A stretch of DNA of 64,000 nt from Candidatus Magasanikiibacteriota bacterium. GTDB lineage: Bacteria > Patescibacteriota > Patescibacteriia > Magasanikbacterales > GWA2-37-8. The notes under the pieces are model-generated. The model did no database searches. It worked only from the letters and a program-made list of their open reading frames with translations, and was not told the DNA's origin. Positions 29,396 to 39,176 of the stretch are shown in pieces. Location: contig JAHFHX010000003.1 of assembly GCA_023246655.1 (NCBI GenBank), positions 24,875 through 88,874 of the forward strand. Reading direction: 5' to 3'. Numbering within the stretch: position 1 is the stretch's first letter; each line of letters starts with the position of its first letter. The translations under genes were made by a program, and so were the position numbers.

Positions 29396-29425
29396 AAAAA
29401 ATCCCCGAATATGACGGGGATTTTT
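29396..29425. terminator. Bidirectional intrinsic terminator
   Basis: AAAAATCCCCG-loop-CGGGGATTTTT between convergent genes. Confidence 0.75.
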
Positions 29426-29506
29426 ATTTTATAGAACTTCATAGGTCGTTTCATGCCTATAGCACGGCCAACGAGAGGCAAAGCAACAAATAGACCTTCG
29501 GCTCTA

Positions 29507-30898
29507 TCATTCAAACAACTGCGATTGTTTTGGTTTGCCCACCTTGGCATCGGGAAAAGGATCAACGACCCCATACTGGCCATCAAACCCAGGCACAATC
29601 TTTACCTTACCAACGCGCATATTCTGTATCCCAAGGGCAATATTTTTATCACTCACCGCCCGTTCAATTTCGGGTAAAGGAGAATGAAGTAAGATATTAA
29701 ATTCACTCCCTACCGCCGGTACGAGCCTTCGATATTCTATCTCTACCTTTTTACTTTTCTTCCCAGTCTCAAAACTTGCCGCGATAATCTCACGAAGAGG
29801 AACGATGTGGCGGTGAGGAATAAATTTTTCTAGTAGAATATCTTTCTCCAGGCGATCCGCCAAATCGTCCACGCGGTACAACACGCCGACCGTGAGTTTC
29901 TTCTTGCATACTGGGCAAATTTCTTTGTTTCGTTTGGTTTCAGCAGGAGTAGAGGAGAACTTACACTCTCTGTGACCGTCAAAATGATACATACCTTCTT
30001 CCGGATAAAATTCAATTGTATACAAAAACTTCTTTCGGTCACCCGTTTTTAAAATTCGGCGAATCTCGCCATACGTAATCTCAGTCTCAAACTGAAACAC
30101 ATTCGCCTCACGCCCTAAATTGTCCAGGCTATGCGCGTCAGAATTAGACACTAACACAATTTTATCAAGCTGGCTAAGCCGCCGGTTCATCGGTGGGTCA
30201 CTCGATAGCCCCGTCTCAATTGCAAAAATATGAGGTGTTAATTCTTCAAAACATTCTTCTAATGAATTATAGCCTGACTTTGAGCCAAACACTGCAAACC
30301 ATGGTGTCCAGGCGTGAGCGGGAATAACCATCATCCGCTCATCAAGCTCTAAACATATTTGGAGAACCTCCTTCCCCGAAAGTCCAATAATCGGTCGCCC
30401 ATCAGCCTTCAAGTTCGCCCCGCGATTTTCTAATTCCTCATTAAACCGTTTGGCAACTTCCAAACTCGGCGCAAAAATAAGTAAATGCAACCGCCTCACC
30501 TTATCCTTGTGTTTGTAAATACAAGAAATTTCCGTACCAAAAATAAATCTCACCGGCGTTGTCATTCCGAGCACATTCGGCAAGCTCAGTGTAAACTCCG
30601 TCGAGGAATCCATTTCACCCAAACGACCAAGGGATTTCTCCACTCCGCTTCGCCCTGTACCATACGGTACTGGGCTTCGCTCTGGTCGAAATGATAATTG
30701 ATAAGTGCCCGTCTTTCCAATCTCCACCAGATTCTCTTCCAGATGTTCCATCCACTTTGGATGCGTAAAATCCCCTGTGGCCACGAGTTGTATCCCTTTT
30801 TCCTGACAGGCTTTCACAATCTGCGGAATCTCAAGCAAAGGCGAGCAGGCTCGCGCATATTTAGAGTGGATGTGAAAATCAGCGATGATCTCGATCAT
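29507..30898 (-). CDS. Endonuclease Q family (PHP domain) protein with a ~45-aa palindromic insertion
   Basis: ADFHIHSKYARACS, TGDFTHP, PAHAWTPW, IETGLSSD, SNSDAHS, LGREAN, CxxC motifs, PGFDGQYG. Confidence 0.88.
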   Translation of the reverse strand: MIEIIADFHIHSKYARACSPLLEIPQIVKACQEKGIQLVATGDFTHPKWMEHLEENLVEIGKTGTYQLSFRPERSPVPYGTGRSGVEKSLGRLGEMDSSTEFTLSLPNVLGMTTPVRFIFGTEISCIYKHKDKVRRLHLLIFAPSLEVAKRFNEELENRGANLKADGRPIIGLSGKEVLQICLELDERMMVIPAHAWTPWFAVFGSKSGYNSLEECFEELTPHIFAIETGLSSDPPMNRRLSQLDKIVLVSNSDAHSLDNLGREANVFQFETEITYGEIRRILKTGDRKKFLYTIEFYPEEGMYHFDGHRECKFSSTPAETKRNKEICPVCKKKLTVGVLYRVDDLADRLEKDILLEKFIPHRHIVPLREIIAASFETGKKSKKVEIEYRRLVPAVGSEFNILLHSPLPEIERAVSDKNIALGIQNMRVGKVKIVPGFDGQYGVVDPFPDAKVGKPKQSQLFE

Positions 30899-30910
30899 AA
30901 TATATGAAAC

Positions 30911-31004
30911 GTCATTCTGAGTGAAACGAAGAATCTTCTACTTACGCCACAATCACCACACGACTCGCATAAAAGGAAGATTCTTCGCTGGCGCTCTGAA
31001 TGAC
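30911..31004. repeat. REP-like palindrome
   Basis: GTCATTCTGAGTG...GAAGAATCTTC...GAAGATTCTTCG...CTCTGAATGAC. Confidence 0.8.
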
Positions 31005-31013
31005 AAGAAAAAA

Positions 31014-31727
31014 TTACTCCAGCTTCCCTACAAACACCTGCTTCATAATAACACTATTCTTAAGAAGGCTGCAATAATCATATGCTACAATCTCACCCTG
31101 CACCATAACATACCCATAATCCGCAATGTCCATCAAACTCTTAATATTGTGCTCCACAATTAAAACCGTCGTCTTAAATGTATCCCTAATCTCACGAATT
31201 TTTTCAAACACTTCCTTGACGAGTTTTGGGGAAAGGCCAAGCGATGGCTCATCCATGAGGAGGAGCTGGGGAGAACTCATGAGCGCACGCCCAATAGCGA
31301 GCATTTGTTGCTCACCACCCGAAAGGGCAAATGCCAATTGCCGCTCCTTTTCAAGGAGTACGGGAAATTGCTGGTAAACGGTTGTCAACCGGTTAGTTAC
31401 TTCAGTCCGATTTTTTAGATGATGCGCGCCGAGCAATAAATTATCTCGAACGCTCAGCGTGCCAAAATTAATTTTGCCTTGCGCCACGTAAGCAACGCCG
31501 AGTTCAAGAAGTTGGTGCGCCGGCCACCCGGTAATTTCCACGCCCTCAAACCAAATCTGACCTGAGGTAATATTTGTTAAATTAAAAATAGATCTAAGGA
31601 GTGTTGACTTACCTGCACCATTCGGGCCCATGATAATAGAAACGGTGCCCGATTGCAATTCTAAGCTAACGTCCTTAAGCACAGGAAGATCGGCGTAGCC
31701 AGCGTTTAAATTAGAAATTTTGAGCAT
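31014..31727 (-). CDS. livF: Branched-chain amino acid ABC transporter ATP-binding protein
   Basis: GPNGAGKST, LSGGEQQMLAIGRAL, DEPSLGLSP. Confidence 0.88.
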   Translation of the reverse strand: MLKISNLNAGYADLPVLKDVSLELQSGTVSIIMGPNGAGKSTLLRSIFNLTNITSGQIWFEGVEITGWPAHQLLELGVAYVAQGKINFGTLSVRDNLLLGAHHLKNRTEVTNRLTTVYQQFPVLLEKERQLAFALSGGEQQMLAIGRALMSSPQLLLMDEPSLGLSPKLVKEVFEKIREIRDTFKTTVLIVEHNIKSLMDIADYGYVMVQGEIVAYDYCSLLKNSVIMKQVFVGKLE

Positions 31728-31829
31728 AACGTTTAATTCCAAAGTGCCTAATTTCTAATGTCTAATATAATTTCCAATACTAAACCTGAACTTTTACCTT
31801 ATGGCATTATATTAGACATTAAAAATTTA

Positions 31830-32558
31830 TCATTTCCCCAAATACGCCTCCATCACCTTTGGATCACTAAGCACCTCATTTGGTGTGCCCGCTGCCACTA
31901 CCATCCCCGCATCCAAACAAATTACCCGGTCTGACAGTCGCCGCACGAAATTCATATCATGATCAATAAGGAGAACCGTTTCTCCACGCGCTTTAAGATC
32001 CAAAAGCAACTGCTCAATTTTTTCCTGAATCACTTTGTTAACCCCAGCGACTGGTTCGTCGAGCATGAGGAGTTGATGTCCCCGCCGGAGCGCCATTGCA
32101 ATTTGGAGAAGTTTACGCTGGCCGTAACTTAAATCGCTCACTGGCGTATCAAGCGTCCGTTTAATTCCAAACTGTTCAAGGATTGCATCATATTCATCAC
32201 AATGAACTCGCTCGCGCCGCCATATATTCTGCCATAATTTTGTGTCGGCATTGTCCGTCGCCATCATCAGATGATCCAAAATCGTAAGATAGCGAAATAA
32301 CCGTGCGTGCTGAAAGGTACGACTCATCCCGCGGTCAGCACGTTCATGAGGTAAAAGTTGCGTTACATCATCACCATTCAAAAGTACCCGGCCCATATCC
32401 GGCTCTACAAAACCAGCGATAATATCAAACAGCGTGGTTTTACCCGCGCCATTGGGACCAATAAGAGCAGTGACTTTATTTTTTTCTACTACAAAATTAG
32501 ACCCGCGAATCGCTTGCACACCTCCAAATGACTTGGTAATGTTTTCCACCTTGAGCAT
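31830..32558 (-). CDS. livG: Branched-chain amino acid ABC transporter ATP-binding protein
   Basis: GPNGAGKTT, SRTFQ, LSYGQRK, DEPVAG, V.EAYLG. Confidence 0.88.
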   Translation of the reverse strand: MLKVENITKSFGGVQAIRGSNFVVEKNKVTALIGPNGAGKTTLFDIIAGFVEPDMGRVLLNGDDVTQLLPHERADRGMSRTFQHARLFRYLTILDHLMMATDNADTKLWQNIWRRERVHCDEYDAILEQFGIKRTLDTPVSDLSYGQRKLLQIAMALRRGHQLLMLDEPVAGVNKVIQEKIEQLLLDLKARGETVLLIDHDMNFVRRLSDRVICLDAGMVVAAGTPNEVLSDPKVMEAYLGK

Positions 32559-32606
32559 AATACTAATACACGAACGATCGTTTAGTATTTTTCAATCACA
32601 TGAGAG

Positions 32607-33479
32607 TTAGTCAATATCCACCTTCCCCAAAATTCCCCGCGGACGAAACAGTAAAATTAAAATCAGAATCACACTATATATCATCTGCCGCAGCGGCCCT
32701 ACCGCCTCTGGGGTAATGGGGAGAAACCGTAAAATCTCGGGGATAGCTAAAATAATAAATCCACCCAGAATACTACCAGTGAGAGAAGCTAAACCGCCGG
32801 TAATCACAATCGTCAGCACAATAATAATATCGGAGAGATAAAATGAAGTTGGATCAATAAACTGAATAAAATGGGCAAATAAACTCCCTGCCAACCCAGT
32901 AAAAAAAGCTGAGACAACAAAACACTGGTACTTCAGGCGATACACGTCTTTACCCAGCGCCGAGGCCCCCACACTATCATCACGCACGGCTTCGAGAAGC
33001 CGCCCATAGCGTGACCGGGTTAAACGATATAAAAAAAATAATGATCCAATGGTTACCACTGTTGTCAAAAGAAGAAATGGCCCACCACTTTTAATGGTCA
33101 GACCAAAAATCACTGGCCGGGGAATTCCCGGAATGCCTAACGAGCCCCGGGTAAGGCTTATCCAATTTTGTGCCAACGCCACGACCAAAAAATTAAACCC
33201 GAGCGTTACAAAGGCAAAATAATCACCACGTAATTTCTGAGTCACCACGGTAAGGAAGAGTCGGGAGAGGCTGCTGAGGAGTCCCGCCATAAAAAATGCG
33301 GGCATAAAAGGCACACCAACATCCTTGGTGAGAATCGCTGAAGTATAGGCTCCGATACCAAAAAGCGCGACATGTCCTAAACTAAGGAGCCCGGTGAATC
33401 CAATCGCCAAATTCAAACTCGCCGCTACTATGATGTAGATAAGAATGAGCGTAAAAACTTGAACAAGATATGCAGTCAT
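32607..33479 (-). CDS. livM: Branched-chain amino acid ABC transporter permease
   Basis: G.TGLLSLGH, LRGDYFA, EAVRDD, RPRGILG. Confidence 0.88.
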   Translation of the reverse strand: MTAYLVQVFTLILIYIIVAASLNLAIGFTGLLSLGHVALFGIGAYTSAILTKDVGVPFMPAFFMAGLLSSLSRLFLTVVTQKLRGDYFAFVTLGFNFLVVALAQNWISLTRGSLGIPGIPRPVIFGLTIKSGGPFLLLTTVVTIGSLFFLYRLTRSRYGRLLEAVRDDSVGASALGKDVYRLKYQCFVVSAFFTGLAGSLFAHFIQFIDPTSFYLSDIIIVLTIVITGGLASLTGSILGGFIILAIPEILRFLPITPEAVGPLRQMIYSVILILILLFRPRGILGKVDID

Positions 33480-33480
33480 A

Positions 33481-34374
33481 CTACTCTCGCATTCCCTTTT
33501 CCACACCTAAAATACCATTCTGACGAAACACTAAAAACAAAAACAGGACCACAAAAGGAATAGCTTCTTTATACCCTGATGGAATGACCCAAAGCGTTAC
33601 ATTCTCGGCAAAACCAATTAAATAACTGCCTAGAATACTTCCGGGCATTGATCCAATACCGCCCACTACTGAACTGGTAAAACTCACTAACGCAAAATTA
33701 ACCCCCATCCGCGGTTCAACATTACGCTCCAAGGCAATAAGAATGGCTGCACATCCGGCAATCGCTGAAGCAATTACAAAACTCAAGGCTTGAAAACGAT
33801 CGGTATTAATACCCGTGAGACGAGCTAATTCCACATTATCCGCTACTGCTCGAAGCTTTTTCCCGGTAGGGCTCAACTTAATAAATATCCAAAATACCAA
33901 CAGCAAAACAACAGAACAAGCGATAATAATGAGTTGAAGTGGCGTTACCAGAACTCCCCCCACATTAATTCCTGCTTGTACTTCAATAAATTCAAGTGTC
34001 TTAACATCTGAACCAAATAGTATCTGGGCGAACCCTTCAAAAAATAACAGTACCCCAGCACTTGCAATAAGCATAATAAGATTCCCAGCCCGGCGACGGC
34101 GAAGCGGCCGATAGAGAAAAATATACATTGCCAAACCAAGCACCATGGCGGTGATCACCGTCAAAATGCTACTCAGATAAAAATTCAATCCGAGCAACGA
34201 GTATAATCCATACAAGGCATAGGCCGCTGACAACAGTACTGCCCCATGCGCCAAATGCCAAAACCGATTGGTGGCGTACACCAACGACATCCCTGAAGCT
34301 GTGAGAGAATAAATTGCCCCAGCTATGAGACCATCCATAAATAGCTGGGGCAATATCGCAGTTGATAACTGCAT
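33481..34374 (-). CDS. livH: Branched-chain amino acid ABC transporter permease
   Basis: LAHG, GKKLRAVADN.ELA...GIN, VVGGIGS. Confidence 0.88.
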   Translation of the reverse strand: MQLSTAILPQLFMDGLIAGAIYSLTASGMSLVYATNRFWHLAHGAVLLSAAYALYGLYSLLGLNFYLSSILTVITAMVLGLAMYIFLYRPLRRRRAGNLIMLIASAGVLLFFEGFAQILFGSDVKTLEFIEVQAGINVGGVLVTPLQLIIIACSVVLLLVFWIFIKLSPTGKKLRAVADNVELARLTGINTDRFQALSFVIASAIAGCAAILIALERNVEPRMGVNFALVSFTSSVVGGIGSMPGSILGSYLIGFAENVTLWVIPSGYKEAIPFVVLFLFLVFRQNGILGVEKGMRE

Positions 34375-34392
34375 AGAAACTTAAACGTTTTC

Positions 34393-35535
34393 TTACTTCA
34401 TCACTTCGGCCTTACCATACTTAACAACTTTCACATCGTACTGAGCAAACGTTGGATCACCGTTACCGTCAAAGGTAATTGGTCCAGCTTCTCCGGGATA
34501 ATCTTTCACTCCATACAATGCATCCTTAAGCTTCGTGGCATCAGGACCAGCCTGCTTCATAAGACTAGATACTAACTTCACATTATCGTACGTGCGCGGA
34601 ACACATACTGTTGGGTTGCCGCCCTTATCTTTAAGTTTTGCCTTCCAGGCATCACTCGTATTGGCAGAATAGACGGTATACATCATTCCTTCGGCAAAGG
34701 AATTAGCATGGATTTTGCTATCATCCCACGCATCGCCCCCCAGCATTGGCAAATTTAAACCCAATTCCTTGGCTTGCTTCAAGCCGGCAATCGAAGCCTC
34801 CGTATAACCAACAAAGTATAAGAGTTCTGCGCCACTGCCTTTAACTTTAGTCAACTGGGCTTTAAGATCACGAGCATCTTGTGCATAATCCTGCGACAGA
34901 ACAATTTCCCCACCCAGTTGCTTAAAGGCAGCCTCAAAAGCATTCTTAATGCCAGTACCATAATCACCTAGAACTGCTAAAGTCGCTACTTTCTTTTTTC
35001 CTAATTTATTATACACATATTCCGCAGCAAATTTACCCTGGTGCAAATCGGAAGGATAACTGCGGAAAACATATTCTCCGGCTGTGGTGATACTCGGCGC
35101 GGATGAGCAACCCGAAATTAAGAGTACTTTATTCTGCTCGGCCACCGGGGCGACTGCTGTTGTTTCACCGGAACACAAACCACCAAAAATAACTGGCACC
35201 TTATCAACATTAATTAATTTATTGCCGGCTTGCGCAGCATCTTTTGGGTTGCATTTGCCGTCTTCAACTACCAATTCTAACTTCCGACCACCAACCCCAC
35301 CAGCGGCATTGATCTCATCAACCGCCAATTGTGCTCCTTTGAGCGTGTCCTGCCCAACACTGGCTGCATCGCCCGTAAGTGGACCAAGCCAACCTACTTT
35401 AATTGGCCCGCTCTCCTCTCTTGAGGGCAAATAAGAACCAGTGGTAACTTGCTTCTCTCCGGGAAGCGACGAACACCCTGCTCCAACCAGGAGCATAGCC
35501 CCGGCTACAGCAACTAGGAATCCTGCTTTCTTCAT
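34393..35535 (-). CDS. ABC transporter substrate-binding lipoprotein, LivJ/LivK family
   Basis: Lipobox-like GAGC, GPLTG, AVDEINAAGG, EDGKC, GGLCS. Confidence 0.88.
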   Translation of the reverse strand: MKKAGFLVAVAGAMLLVGAGCSSLPGEKQVTTGSYLPSREESGPIKVGWLGPLTGDAASVGQDTLKGAQLAVDEINAAGGVGGRKLELVVEDGKCNPKDAAQAGNKLINVDKVPVIFGGLCSGETTAVAPVAEQNKVLLISGCSSAPSITTAGEYVFRSYPSDLHQGKFAAEYVYNKLGKKKVATLAVLGDYGTGIKNAFEAAFKQLGGEIVLSQDYAQDARDLKAQLTKVKGSGAELLYFVGYTEASIAGLKQAKELGLNLPMLGGDAWDDSKIHANSFAEGMMYTVYSANTSDAWKAKLKDKGGNPTVCVPRTYDNVKLVSSLMKQAGPDATKLKDALYGVKDYPGEAGPITFDGNGDPTFAQYDVKVVKYGKAEVMK

Positions 35536-35630
35536 ACACAATTATAATTAATACTAAAAATTTAAGCTAACTTATTATATAATAACAAAAAAATTATGTC
35601 TAATGGGTTACCCACAAAAATTTTAGTTAA

Positions 35631-36299
35631 TTATAGGCTATACTTTGACCATTCAGCAGGAACTTTTATGAGTATCGTTTGGTAACTCAACAAAGTCGCT
35701 TGTTGGAATGTTAAAGATGTTGCTGCCAATGCGATTGCTTGATGAGACGAATCCTGAGAGGCTCCATATTTTACATCCCCCACTATCGGACACCCCATTG
35801 CCGCGAGCTGTGCCCGAATTTGATGCGACCGACCGGTACCTAATTTAATTTTAAGGAGAGAGTGTTTTCCATCTGATTTGACAACTTCATAACTGAGCTC
35901 GGCTCGCTGAGAATCTGCGAACTCTGAACTATGAACTGTGGTCCGGTTTGCCTTCTCATTCTTCGTGAGCCAATGCACCAGCGTTTCTCGCTCCTTCTTG
36001 GGTCGCCCCTCCACCACCGCGTGATATATTTTTTCAATGGTATGATTGCGAAATTGCTCCGATAATCGTGCTGCACCCTTGCTGGTTTTCGCAAACAAAA
36101 TAATTCCTTGAACATTACGATCCAAACGATGTAATAACCCCAAAAATACCTTTCCCGTTTTGTGATATCTTTGTTTCAGATAATATTTCACTTCATCCAT
36201 TAATGTCGGATCGCCCGTAATGTCCCCCTGGACCAAAACACCGGCTGGCTTGTAGACGGCGATAAGGTGATTGTCTTCGTATAAAATTTGTAAAGCCAT
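35631..36299 (-). CDS. RluA-family RNA pseudouridine synthase
   Basis: YEDNH, KPAG, HRLD, TGRSHQIR, PIVGD.KYG. Confidence 0.92.
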   Translation of the reverse strand: MALQILYEDNHLIAVYKPAGVLVQGDITGDPTLMDEVKYYLKQRYHKTGKVFLGLLHRLDRNVQGIILFAKTSKGAARLSEQFRNHTIEKIYHAVVEGRPKKERETLVHWLTKNEKANRTTVHSSEFADSQRAELSYEVVKSDGKHSLLKIKLGTGRSHQIRAQLAAMGCPIVGDVKYGASQDSSHQAIALAATSLTFQQATLLSYQTILIKVPAEWSKYSL

Positions 36300-36306
36300 A
36301 ATGAGC

Positions 36307-36428
36307 TGTCATTGCGAGGAGGCCCGATTCGCATCGGGATGATGTGGCAATCTCCTTGTTTACAAAATCAAATCTCCCATAAGCAGGGGGATTGCTTCGT
36401 TGTTCGTTCCTCACTCCTCGCAATGACA
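36307..36428. repeat. RPE-like palindrome (TGTCATTGCGAG family)
   Basis: TGTCATTGCGAGGAG...GGCAATCTCC...GGGGATTGC...CTCCTCGCAATGACA; a sister copy lies inside the CDS at 44525-44616. Confidence 0.85.
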
Positions 36429-36430
36429 CT

Positions 36431-37318
36431 TCAAACACTCCACCGCGCAAAAATTCCTGCCGGCAGCAATCGCTCACTATCCTGTTCCGCAATCGTTAAT
36501 TCGCCAATCTCAATCTCTCCCCCAAAATCCTTCATTAAATCACCCAAACTATTTTTATACGCCACCGCCGAATACCCCGAAGCATAGCCATTGATTAAAA
36601 AAAATAATGGCTTCTCGCTCAAAACCTGTTTACACAAATCGAGCAGTTCCAAAAAATGCTCCTCAATTTTCCATACTTCCCCGCCCGGCCCATGCCCAAA
36701 CGCCGGCGGATCCATAATAATACCGTCATATTTTCGGCCGCGTTTAATTTCTCGTTTCACAAACGTCCGTGCGTCATCAAGTATCCATCTGATTGGTTTA
36801 TCCTTGAGCCCACTCAACTCCGCATTATCTCGCCCCCACCCAATCGCCACTTTTGATCCATCGAGGTGCACCACTTCCGCCCCTGCTTGAGCGGCAGCCA
36901 ACGTTGCCCCGCCGGTATATCCAAACAAATTCAAAACACTCGTCGGACTTTCTGACTTTATAGACTTTCGACTTTCGACTTGCTGGAGAACCCAACCCCA
37001 ATTCCCCGCCTGCTCGGGAAACACTCCCGTATGCTTAAACGCCGACAATTTAATCCAAAATTTGAGACCCGCCAACTCAATCGGCCAGCGCTCCGGCAAT
37101 TTTTTCCGTGTCTGCCACTCAGCACTTTTAGAATCACGCTTAAAATAAGCATCCGCTTTATTCCATTCACTTTCTGACAAGCGTTTTTTCCACAACGCTT
37201 GTGGGTCTGGCCGCGCAATAACGGCTTCGCCATATCGCTCCAACTTTTCGCCGTCGCCGCTATCGAGGAGCGAATATCCTTTGTTAGTTTTTGTTTCTAA
37301 AATTGAATACGTAATCAT
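36431..37318 (-). CDS. Class I SAM-dependent methyltransferase (RlmI/RlmK-like)
   Basis: LLDSGDGEKLERYG, KHTGVFPEQ, VLNLFGYTGG, DPPAFG. Confidence 0.88.
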   Translation of the reverse strand: MITYSILETKTNKGYSLLDSGDGEKLERYGEAVIARPDPQALWKKRLSESEWNKADAYFKRDSKSAEWQTRKKLPERWPIELAGLKFWIKLSAFKHTGVFPEQAGNWGWVLQQVESRKSIKSESPTSVLNLFGYTGGATLAAAQAGAEVVHLDGSKVAIGWGRDNAELSGLKDKPIRWILDDARTFVKREIKRGRKYDGIIMDPPAFGHGPGGEVWKIEEHFLELLDLCKQVLSEKPLFFLINGYASGYSAVAYKNSLGDLMKDFGGEIEIGELTIAEQDSERLLPAGIFARWSV

Positions 37319-38127
37319 AGCGGACTTTTAATATTTTTTAAACTCGGATTCGTAACGTGCGTATAAATTTGCGTGGTACGAATATTCGCGTGACCAAGCA
37401 ACTCCTGCACAAATCTAACATCAGTTCCGTTTTCGAGCAAGTGCGTGGCAAAACTGTGGCGCAAACTATGGAACGTGGCCGGTTTGATAATTCCGACCCG
37501 GCGCATCGCCTGGTAAAAAACTTTTTGCGCCGTTGCCTCCACTAACCGCCCGCCGCGTTCACTCGCGAACAGATAGTCGCTCCCCTCTTTTCCAACCATG
37601 CATTTTTGTATCTCCGGCGCCAAAACAGCCGAAAATACCGTTAACCGATCTTTTTTACCTTTGCCCTGTCGTACCGTAACTGTTAGTCCGTTCAAATCGA
37701 TATCCTGCACTCTCAATCGCACCGTCTCGCTTACCCGCAAGCCCGCGGCATACGTAATCGCCAAAAGCGTACGATGCTTCAGATTGCTGGTGCAATCAAT
37801 CATCCGTTTAATTTCCTCCCTGCTTAAAACTACCGGCAACCTATTCGCCTGCTTGGGGTGGCGCAATTTAACGTATCCCTCTCTATGATAAATCTGAGTA
37901 AAAAGGTAATTGAACGCGTTAGCATACAAAGAAATAGTCTGGCTCGCCAACCCTTGCTTCTATTTATGATACAAAAATTCCTTAATCTCCTCCACCGACA
38001 ACTCTCGCGGCGGCTTGTGGTAAAAAACATAGATATCCTTTACAACGTGCGTATATGCCTCAATGGTTTTTGGGCTATAGTTGTACAACTTCATCTCACG
38101 TACTATAATATCAAGCAAGTTAGCCAT
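37315..38127 (-). pseudogene. Tyrosine recombinase (integron-integrase-like, N-terminal SAM-like domain) interrupted by an in-frame TAG at 37962-37960
   Basis: MANLLDIIVREMKLYNYSPKTIEAY...FLYHK*KQGLASQT; catalytic R(GLRVSE), K(GKGKKDR), HSLRH, LGH, Y(QIYTH). Confidence 0.85.
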
Positions 38128-38194
38128 ATGCCCATAATACTATCATAAGTCAATATAACCTACAAATTGTTGCATACTTTACAACAACACTAGG

Positions 38195-38216
38195 GATATT
38201 AACGAGTTAAGTGAAA
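38195..38216 (+). other. Candidate attI-like recombination site
   Basis: TTAAC-GA-GTTAAGT core about 80 nt upstream of the divergent integrase and directly before the cassette. Confidence 0.45.
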
Positions 38217-38316
38217 TAAAATTTACACTTTTTATTTTTTTGTGATTGAGTGATTGGCAAGGGGGGGCGAATGTGACTGGTTTTGTATCATATTTCTAAG
38301 CAATTTTATAATTAGT

Positions 38317-39033
38317 ATGTCAAACCCCTGGGATGCCTTGAGTAAAAAATTTAATAGTCGTAAAAATATAACAGAGATTAATCCTGATGCGGCAGATAAC
38401 ATCCTCATTGCCTGGCCGCCAATGATCAATCAGATTAATAAACATTTCGAAAAAAATATTTCCATACTTGATTATGGTTGTGGCACGGGAGCATTGAGCG
38501 AAAAACTTTGGAGTTTGGGGTATAGGAGAATTGTTAGCATGGATGGTTCACAAGCAATGATCAGCATTGCCAACAACAATTACGGTGACCATATTAGCTT
38601 TGTGCGGGGTACGGCTGAAACCAAACTAATCACAGAGCTAGTCGATGTCATTATCGGTAGTATGGTGTTTCAATTTATTGAGGATATCGAAACGTTATTT
38701 AAAAACTTGATAGATATTCTAAAACCCCAAGGTTTACTCATTTTCGCAGTTCACAATCCCGAAGTTGTGAAAACCGCCATTGAGAGAAAACTCACACTCT
38801 TTACAGACTTTCAATCAGCAGAAAATCCAAGGAAGGGTTTAATACATTTGGGGACCGCTTCAATTCCGATATTTATCCGAACCACCGCTGAGTACGACGA
38901 AATAACTTGTCGTTTAGGACTCATTAAAGTATTTGAAAATCGCCCACCTTTCACCAAGGAATTTCTCGACAACTACCCCACTGAAGTACCTGACGTTTCA
39001 AATTTTCTTGTTTTAGGCTATACAAAAAAATAA
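38317..39033 (+). CDS. Class I SAM-dependent methyltransferase (cassette gene)
   Basis: ILDYGCGTG motif I, LKPQG. Confidence 0.85.
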   Translation: MSNPWDALSKKFNSRKNITEINPDAADNILIAWPPMINQINKHFEKNISILDYGCGTGALSEKLWSLGYRRIVSMDGSQAMISIANNNYGDHISFVRGTAETKLITELVDVIIGSMVFQFIEDIETLFKNLIDILKPQGLLIFAVHNPEVVKTAIERKLTLFTDFQSAENPRKGLIHLGTASIPIFIRTTAEYDEITCRLGLIKVFENRPPFTKEFLDNYPTEVPDVSNFLVLGYTKK

Positions 39034-39117
39034 AAGGCTTTCTTTGCGCGAATCACTTATTCTAAATATTAGAATAATGACTCTTCTTATTCTAGCCATT
39101 TCTCTTCTGCGGTTGAT

Positions 39118-39171
39118 TTGACATCAGCTCTCTAATCTTATATAATCTTATATAGTTAATATATAAGATTA
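39118..39171 (+). promoter_or_regulatory. Consensus sigma70 promoter with overlapping palindromic operator
   Basis: TTGACA-17 nt-TATAAT; TAATCTTATATA-N5-TATATAAGATTA at 39143-39171. Confidence 0.75.
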
Positions 39172-39176
39172 CTTTT

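Noticed and set aside
39034-39117. Second attC site between the MTase and Fic genes
   Set aside because: Only an AT-rich hairpin (TTATTCTAA/TTAGAATAA) without AAC...GTT ends
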